From Escherichia phage vB_EcoS_MM-1, in sequence record PV577657: 64,000 bases of DNA; one strand, written 5' to 3'. This document shows, piece by piece, positions 58,005 to 64,000 of the stretch; positions within the stretch are counted from its first letter, which is position 1; the number at the start of each line of letters is the position of its first letter. A program made the translations under genes and the position numbers. The notes under the pieces were generated by a model that saw nothing but the letters and a program-made list of their open reading frames with translations, was not told the origin of the DNA and did not search any database.

Positions 58005-60791
58005 GTGTTCTCAATCCTACAAGGTCATGCAGGATTTCATCGCGATTTAGCCACAGGCATTTGGCGAGAAGTTAAAGCAGAAGACTATCTTTTTGCTAAA
58101 AGATTTTCCTCAAAGCATCCTGAAGGTAAACCAGCTTCAATGCCCTTCAAGTTTGATGTAATTGATGAAGTTGATCCTCAAACCCTAGTAGAAATGCTCC
58201 CTCTTATGAGACGTTTAACGTCTGACCCTCATATCGTTGCGGTACGAGGTCGATGTCTTGCACCCAAAAATAATGTGCGGCGTAAGAAGGGCAACTTTAA
58301 TGTATCTAACCCAAGTCATATAATTGCAATGGACGTGGATGGTATTGTAGATACAGGTGGTTGTAACAAGTTTGATCTTGTTGGCATGGCTCGACATATT
58401 ATTAGAATGTTAAATAGTATTAGTGAGGATATGTTTCCTCTTGATGCAGGGTTTATTGCTCATGCATCGTCTTCGGCTGGGCTAAAACCAGGTATCCGAA
58501 TGCACTTAATACTAGAATCTAATGTTAAAGTAACTCAGGGTCAAATCAAATTCTTATTTACATCTATCAATGAAAGTAGTAGACAAAAGTATGGCTTTGA
58601 TATTGCCGACTTAGCTTATTACTCTTCCGTACAGCTCCATTATTTTGCAGATCCGTTATTTACCGATGGTATAGTAGATCCGTTTAAGGCGGAGGGTGCT
58701 TCACGTCTGGTATTTGTTAAGGGTTCTAAAGTAAACTTACCTAATAATCTGGTTGACTATGAAACAACTAGAGGTGAGTTTAAGGAGGAGTTTTACTCTT
58801 TACTCGATCAAATTAAAGGTAAAAAAGCTGCCTCCGATAAAGTAGAGGAAACTATCAGCGAACTAGAAGAAGCTGAGGATGGAGTGTATCTACGTATCAT
58901 ACCTAAACTCTATCACAGAGCTTTAGAGGATGGTGTTGATTTTGCATGGCTAGAAAAAGAAATCCGTCCAGCCTTATCAGAATATATTGCAACCAAAGAT
59001 AATAGTCGTAATATTCAAGATTACTTTAATAACGGTCGTAAACAGGCTCTGAAAGCATTTGTTAATAATTCTAAACGCGATATACCTGATGTTTTAAAAG
59101 GTATTCCACTTAAAAAGCTAGAAACTAACTCTCTAGAAACTGATAACTTCTTGAAATTAAATACTGTACCACCAGAAGGTTATATGACTTTTGTAAAAGC
59201 AAGTCTAGGTACAGGTAAAACTACGGCGGTTGTGCGTTGGTTAGATTCAGGAGTTATTAAAGGTAATTTCTTAGCAATTACCAATACTCGAGCACTGGTA
59301 TCTTCAAATGCTAAGAAATTTAGTGCAGGACAATATGATAAGTCTGTAGATATGCTTAATTTTAAGCGTGGTGCTATTGACCGTATGTCCACAACTATTC
59401 ACTCTTTGCATAAGTTCAAGAGTTTTATTGGTCAAATCGATGCAATCTTTATAGATGAATGTGATGCTGTAATGAATGACCTATTATTCGCCCCGGTTGT
59501 TAAACAACGTCGTGAATGTATTCAGGTTCTTCGGGATATTCTTGCAACTGCAAAAATCATTATATTATCTGATGGGGATATTAGTGCAGAAACAATTGAA
59601 GCATATGGTTCTTTAATTGAGTTTGATAAACCGGTTGCATTTTATAATCATCACCGAAAAATGCTATCAAAAGCTCATGCCTACGAGTTCCCTGATGAAT
59701 CCAGTATTTGGGTTGCACTTCAGACTTCTCTAGAGATGGGTGAGAAATCTATCCTAGTATCTGACTGTGGGCCGGATGAACTGAATGAGAAGGGCATGGC
59801 GTTGCGTCGTAATACGGGTGCGTTAGTTAAGGAAATCCACTCAAACTCTACGTCTGATGTAGATATTCGACGTATTCTGGATTACACAACTAATGAGTTA
59901 ATTGACCAACAAATTGATTGCTTATTATGTAGTCCATCCGTAACGAGTGGTGTTGACTTCAACTATTTTGATAACGTATTCGTTATTACTAGAACCAGTA
60001 ACCAAGCGCCAAACATGCGTTTTCAAGCAATCAGGCGCGACCGTGGTGCTCAGAACATTTATTATTTTATTGATAAATCTACGAGTGGATTCTCCGCAGG
60101 CTCTGAACAATATAATATTGATGAAGGTTGGCTGGAGTTAGCACAGCAATTATACGCACGTCGTAGGGAGCTGGAGTCTAGGAACTATACTAGTACTTTA
60201 CGTTATTACTTGCTTGATCAGGGTGCAACTATTGATATTTTCAGTGAAAGCTGGGGAACTATCGAAGGTGCAGGTAAAGAGTATACAGAAGAGCGAATCA
60301 AAGCCATTTTGTATTCAACTCCTGATTATTGTGCTCCACGCCATGCAGATGCATATGAAGCTAAACTACTTCTTGTTCGCTATTATCATCTTGAGTCTAT
60401 TAAAGATGTAACAGTTGAGCATGTTGAGCAATACATTAAGGATAAACCGAATGATCGAGCGGCATTCTTCCATAAAATGCACGAGATGTTCTGGGAAGAT
60501 ATTAAGAAGTGTTCAAATGTCACTATCAAACCATTCATAGAAGCTCTGAAAGGCAAGAAGAAAGATTTCTTCCTTAAAACAGGTCAGAGTGCTAACCCAA
60601 AATATGCCAGAATGTATCTTGGTATGATGGGTATTGGCAAGGATATGAACACGGAGAATATTGTAGACTGGTACAGAACTTATTGTAAAATCGAGTGTAT
60701 GCCAATTCCTTTCAAATTCATGACAGAGGAAGAGAAGGCTATGGCAGAAGAAGTACTGTCCGAACTTGGAGCAACTAATGAAGACGCATAA
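58005..60791 (+). CDS. P-loop NTPase, helicase-like replication protein
   Basis: Walker A 'GTGKTT' (59208-59225), Walker B 'IDECD' (59454-59465); GTG start after AGGAG RBS preferred over track start 57927. Confidence 0.55.
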   Translation: MFSILQGHAGFHRDLATGIWREVKAEDYLFAKRFSSKHPEGKPASMPFKFDVIDEVDPQTLVEMLPLMRRLTSDPHIVAVRGRCLAPKNNVRRKKGNFNVSNPSHIIAMDVDGIVDTGGCNKFDLVGMARHIIRMLNSISEDMFPLDAGFIAHASSSAGLKPGIRMHLILESNVKVTQGQIKFLFTSINESSRQKYGFDIADLAYYSSVQLHYFADPLFTDGIVDPFKAEGASRLVFVKGSKVNLPNNLVDYETTRGEFKEEFYSLLDQIKGKKAASDKVEETISELEEAEDGVYLRIIPKLYHRALEDGVDFAWLEKEIRPALSEYIATKDNSRNIQDYFNNGRKQALKAFVNNSKRDIPDVLKGIPLKKLETNSLETDNFLKLNTVPPEGYMTFVKASLGTGKTTAVVRWLDSGVIKGNFLAITNTRALVSSNAKKFSAGQYDKSVDMLNFKRGAIDRMSTTIHSLHKFKSFIGQIDAIFIDECDAVMNDLLFAPVVKQRRECIQVLRDILATAKIIILSDGDISAETIEAYGSLIEFDKPVAFYNHHRKMLSKAHAYEFPDESSIWVALQTSLEMGEKSILVSDCGPDELNEKGMALRRNTGALVKEIHSNSTSDVDIRRILDYTTNELIDQQIDCLLCSPSVTSGVDFNYFDNVFVITRTSNQAPNMRFQAIRRDRGAQNIYYFIDKSTSGFSAGSEQYNIDEGWLELAQQLYARRRELESRNYTSTLRYYLLDQGATIDIFSESWGTIEGAGKEYTEERIKAILYSTPDYCAPRHADAYEAKLLLVRYYHLESIKDVTVEHVEQYIKDKPNDRAAFFHKMHEMFWEDIKKCSNVTIKPFIEALKGKKKDFFLKTGQSANPKYARMYLGMMGIGKDMNTENIVDWYRTYCKIECMPIPFKFMTEEEKAMAEEVLSELGATNEDA

Positions 60792-61296
60792 ACCAATGCC
60801 TCCTATGGCATTTATCCTAGAAAAGCTTAGGTATGACGAAAGTACTGGGGACTTAATTTGGTTATCTGGCCCAAGGAAGGGAAAGGTAGCGGGCTCCAAA
60901 ATGAAAACTGGGAGACAGCTAGAGTTTATGATAAATGGGGGGCGGACAGCTTACTTAGCCCATAGAATAATCTGGTTTATAAAGACAGGTGAAGATCCTG
61001 GAGATAAAACTATTGACCATAAAGACGGTGATAGTTTAAACAACTTGTGGGATAATTTACGTAAGGCTACCTATTCCGAAAATGGAAAGAATAAGAAGTG
61101 TTCTACTAATTCTACCGGATTCACTGGAGTTGTAAAACGAGGTAATAGGTATATGGCCTACGCTTACTGCGATGGAAAGCAACATATTTTTGGTAGACGA
61201 GATACCCCGGAAGAAGCCCATCAGCTATACCTTAGGGGAGTTAAAGAGCTGTTTGGTGAATTTAATCCCTCGGAGAGATATGACAGTGAAGAATAA
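60778..61296 (+). CDS. HNH homing endonuclease
   Basis: 'IDHKDGDSLNNLWDNL'; ATG after GGAG RBS. Confidence 0.55.
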   Translation: MKTHKPMPPMAFILEKLRYDESTGDLIWLSGPRKGKVAGSKMKTGRQLEFMINGGRTAYLAHRIIWFIKTGEDPGDKTIDHKDGDSLNNLWDNLRKATYSENGKNKKCSTNSTGFTGVVKRGNRYMAYAYCDGKQHIFGRRDTPEEAHQLYLRGVKELFGEFNPSERYDSEE

Positions 61297-61513
61297 AAAA
61301 TGGGAAACAAGGAAGTTTCCAGTAAAAGAACGTAAAGTTCCTGTTTATGATACTTCGGAGAAGCTATGTAGGGTGGTACCGCACAGATTAGCTGGCATCC
61401 CTAACATATCCGAGTGGTTACTTAAACAACGGAGGACTAGCGTATCCCTTCGCATAGGGTTTGAGTTAGATAAAGTATATGCTGAACTTTCTTCTTTGCT
61501 CAAGGAATCGTAA
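61280..61513 (+). CDS. hypothetical protein
   Basis: 77-aa internal-start version of track ORF 61172..61513. Confidence 0.35.
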   Translation: MTVKNKKWETRKFPVKERKVPVYDTSEKLCRVVPHRLAGIPNISEWLLKQRRTSVSLRIGFELDKVYAELSSLLKES

Positions 61514-61581
61514 AAATTTATTTGCATAGTGCAAAAAATTTCTGTATAATAGATTCATAAATTTGAGAGAGGAGTTTAAAT

Positions 61582-62286
61582 ATGGCTGGTTCTCGTAGAA
61601 AGAAACATATCCATGAAATCCCGGATGAAGTCTTTAAAAAGGTTATAGAGCATCTGGAGAACGGTGGTACTAAGAAAGCAGCATGTGAAATGCTCGGCGT
61701 ATCATCCAATCCAACTATGGAAAGGATGATTGAAGAATGGCAAGACCGCCAGATTCAAGTTGCCGAAATGAAGAAAAAGAAACGTGGCACACTCATTGAA
61801 GGCATTGAGTTAGCTAACGTTATTGAGCAGTATTTATCTGGTGATTCTTTTGAAGAAATTGCCGATCGTAATTACCGCTCTGTAGCAATGGTTAAATCTG
61901 TTCTGGAACGATATGGTGCTCTACTTCGTTTGAACGATATTGTAGATCCATTGAATCCTCCAATTATTCCTGATGATGCTGTAGCAGAAGAATTTGCAGT
62001 TGGTGAGCTTGTTTGGGTTCCTGGATACCAGTGTATCGGTGAAATCAAAAAAGCAATGGATAATCCTGTTGGTTGCTACCGTGTATGGCTTCTATCCGAA
62101 GGCAAACAACAGAACGTTCATTATATGAATTACGAGCTGGCTTCTGTTAAACATCTGGAAAAGTTAGGGGTAGACGTAAAATCTCTAGGGTATAAGTGGA
62201 CTCGTGAAGAAATTATTACGTTGATTAACGAAGCTGTTAAGGCTGCTCTGAAACTTGATAAAGAAAAAGGAAAACGCCGTGAGTAA
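61582..62286 (+). CDS. hypothetical protein
   Basis: 234 aa; conserved promoter/leader upstream. Confidence 0.55.
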   Translation: MAGSRRKKHIHEIPDEVFKKVIEHLENGGTKKAACEMLGVSSNPTMERMIEEWQDRQIQVAEMKKKKRGTLIEGIELANVIEQYLSGDSFEEIADRNYRSVAMVKSVLERYGALLRLNDIVDPLNPPIIPDDAVAEEFAVGELVWVPGYQCIGEIKKAMDNPVGCYRVWLLSEGKQQNVHYMNYELASVKHLEKLGVDVKSLGYKWTREEIITLINEAVKAALKLDKEKGKRRE

Positions 62287-62530
62287 GCTAACAGATTTGC
62301 TTAAGGATGGTGAAACAAAAACCGTGTATCGTAGAAGCTGGGATAATGACAATAATGGCTTAGTGTTACTAACTTTAGACGCTGACTCAGATGTAGCTAC
62401 CCAACATACCTGGGTAGCTGGTAATTATCCCTATAGTGAGGTTGTTACGTTAACAGTATGCGAAGCTATTGCCGACGATTGGGAGATTGCCAGCATTGAT
62501 GATATGCTTGCTGTTGGCCTGGTGGAGTAA
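62278..62530 (+). CDS. hypothetical protein
   Basis: GTG start after AAGGAAAA RBS; track start 62255 also possible. Confidence 0.4.
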
Positions 62531-62633
62531 CTACTGAAAAATTTCAGTTGCTTAATCCTATAATTCTTGATATAATATTCTCATAGTTTGAAAGAACTAT
62601 TCTGTTTAATTCTTAATTAAGGAAATATAAAAT

Positions 62634-63044
62634 ATGACTACTCCAACTCAGTGGACTGATGAACTGTTCGAAAAAATGTCTTCCGAATACGTTGCTCGTA
62701 TGGAGCAATTCCCAGAGGATGAACGTCCGGGTGTTAGCATGGAAATTGTTAGCGAAATTGCCCAGGAAAATGGTGTAACTCCGAACGGTTTTCGTATGAA
62801 GCTGACTAAAGCAGGTTTGTATATCAAGAAAGCTGCTGGCTCTGCTTCTAAATCTAGCGCATCTACTGGAGAAAAGGCTTCTGGTGGTTCTCGTACCTCC
62901 AAAGCTCAAGCTCATGCCGATCTTCGTTCAGCATTCTCTGATGCTGGCTTAGCACCGGATTTTCTGGATGATGCAATTATCGATAAACTGACCGGTAAAG
63001 CGGCTGCTCATCTGGCAGAAGCAATCCGAGCTATCACTAAGTAA
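62634..63044 (+). CDS. hypothetical protein
   Basis: 136 aa. Confidence 0.55.
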   Translation: MTTPTQWTDELFEKMSSEYVARMEQFPEDERPGVSMEIVSEIAQENGVTPNGFRMKLTKAGLYIKKAAGSASKSSASTGEKASGGSRTSKAQAHADLRSAFSDAGLAPDFLDDAIIDKLTGKAAAHLAEAIRAITK

Positions 63045-63080
63045 TTTTTAGATAAATCCACCAACAAAAGGAACACAGTT

Positions 63081-63377
63081 ATGACCAAAGCTGAAATTAT
63101 CGCACAATGTGAAAAATTTGGTGAGTTTTATCTTCATTACGAGAAACTTCGTCAGAAAGGAACCACGTATCTTCAGGGTACGATGGAATTTGATCCAGCC
63201 CAAGATAAATATCTAGCTGAGCGTATTAAACGTGAACGTATTCGTAAAGCGAAAGATGATGAGATCCTTGTCTTCTCTCGTACTAATGATAGCTTCCGTT
63301 TTATTCCTGTCGAAAAAGTCCGTCGTGTGACTAGCCTCCAATCAGAGTTAGATCGTGCTTCTCCAGTAGGCCGATAA
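63081..63377 (+). CDS. hypothetical protein
   Basis: 98 aa; AAAGGAA RBS. Confidence 0.55.
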   Translation: MTKAEIIAQCEKFGEFYLHYEKLRQKGTTYLQGTMEFDPAQDKYLAERIKRERIRKAKDDEILVFSRTNDSFRFIPVEKVRRVTSLQSELDRASPVGR

Positions 63378-63427
63378 GAAACCAATTAGCCCCTATATGG
63401 GGCTTTTTGTGTATTTGGGATATGTAA

Positions 63428-63736
63428 ATGAGCGAACAGGTAAATCAAAACTATGAAGGACACGTTGATGACCAGTCCATCATACTTTGGGAGAAGGAGG
63501 GAGAACAAGTAAGATTAACAGTATCTGAATTTCGTGGGAATCTATACATGGGTATTCGTTACTGGCTTCTTGATATTAATGATGAGTGGTTTCCAACGAA
63601 ATCTGGCTTCTCTTTTCCTTACACCCTAGAAACAACATCACAGCTTTTCTATGCGTTTACACAGATTCTTAGCGAATCTGAGGTTTTACATGAAGTACAG
63701 AAACGAGCTGAAGAACTCAAAGCCAAGAATGCCTAG
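63428..63736 (+). CDS. hypothetical protein
   Basis: 102 aa. Confidence 0.55.
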   Translation: MSEQVNQNYEGHVDDQSIILWEKEGEQVRLTVSEFRGNLYMGIRYWLLDINDEWFPTKSGFSFPYTLETTSQLFYAFTQILSESEVLHEVQKRAEELKAKNA

Positions 63737-63822
63737 TTCTTGGCTTTTTCTTTATAAATGTACTTGCTTTCAACTCAGTTTTGTTATATAATATTTATAT
63801 AAATTAATGAGAGGGTTGCAAA

Positions 63823-64000
63823 GTGAAAAAGATAAGTATAAGTACACTTAAACCTTTCCCGTACATCGGACAGCCTCTTATACTTATGTGGGAGGAGAAG
63901 ATTAATGGGGAAAAGTATACTAAAACTAGAAGTGGGTATAAGCTGACTTCACTTCATTACGAAAAAGAAGTATTAGTAGCTGAAATATACTCTCCGTTGT
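63823..64000 (+). CDS. hypothetical protein, 5' partial at window edge
   Basis: GTG after GAGAGGG RBS; frame stays open to the end of the window. Confidence 0.3.
   Translation, partial: MKKISISTLKPFPYIGQPLILMWEEKINGEKYTKTRSGYKLTSLHYEKEVLVAEIYSPL

Overview
The window reads as the left ~64 kb of a T5-like (Tequintavirus-type) siphophage genome; this is inferred from gene content and order, not from any database search. Layout: (1) 0.1-4.5 kb, minus strand: a pre-early block with a dmp-like HAD nucleotidase, a 554-aa A1-like metallophosphoesterase and an A2-sized ORF. (2) 4.5-6.0 kb and 9.3-10.9 kb: ORF-poor segments with DnaA-box-like 9-mers, a 25-bp perfect palindrome and eight copies of a 15-mer direct repeat, flanking a plus-strand block of small genes (6.0-9.3 kb). 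(3) 11-27 kb, minus strand: early genes, including an AT-rich island (11-14 kb), two metallophosphatases, a thioredoxin-like protein, M15 endolysin, holin-like and spanin-like genes, ClpP-like protease, dNMP kinase and an HNH endonuclease. (4) 27.7-38.5 kb: a tRNA cluster (about 21 tRNAs read by eye, all minus strand, plus aberrant tRNA-like elements), small ORFs, and a convergent plus-strand three-gene cassette of low-complexity proteins next to an SPFH/Band-7 gene. (5) 38.8-53.7 kb: SleB-like hydrolase, DEDDh exonuclease-like, NADAR, RNase H, thyA, frd, nrdB, nrdA, phoH, nrdD. (6) 53.8-64 kb, plus strand: Sir2-like, HAD-like, a tandem paralog pair with a frameshift, two HNH endonucleases, a long structured ORF-free leader and a 928-aa P-loop helicase-like protein. 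A conserved early promoter plus leader motif (TTGCTA-N17-TATAAT, then aaattaatgagaggag before the ATG) recurs at least 20 times. All tRNA isotypes are manual anticodon readings and need tRNAscan-SE or ARAGORN. Several ORF-track starts were moved where the leader motif, an RBS or a terminator indicated a different start. Most interesting: the plus-strand cassette at 35.1-36.8 kb, the NADAR and Sir2-like genes, the aberrant tRNA-like RNAs, and the repeat arrays at 9.3-10.6 kb.
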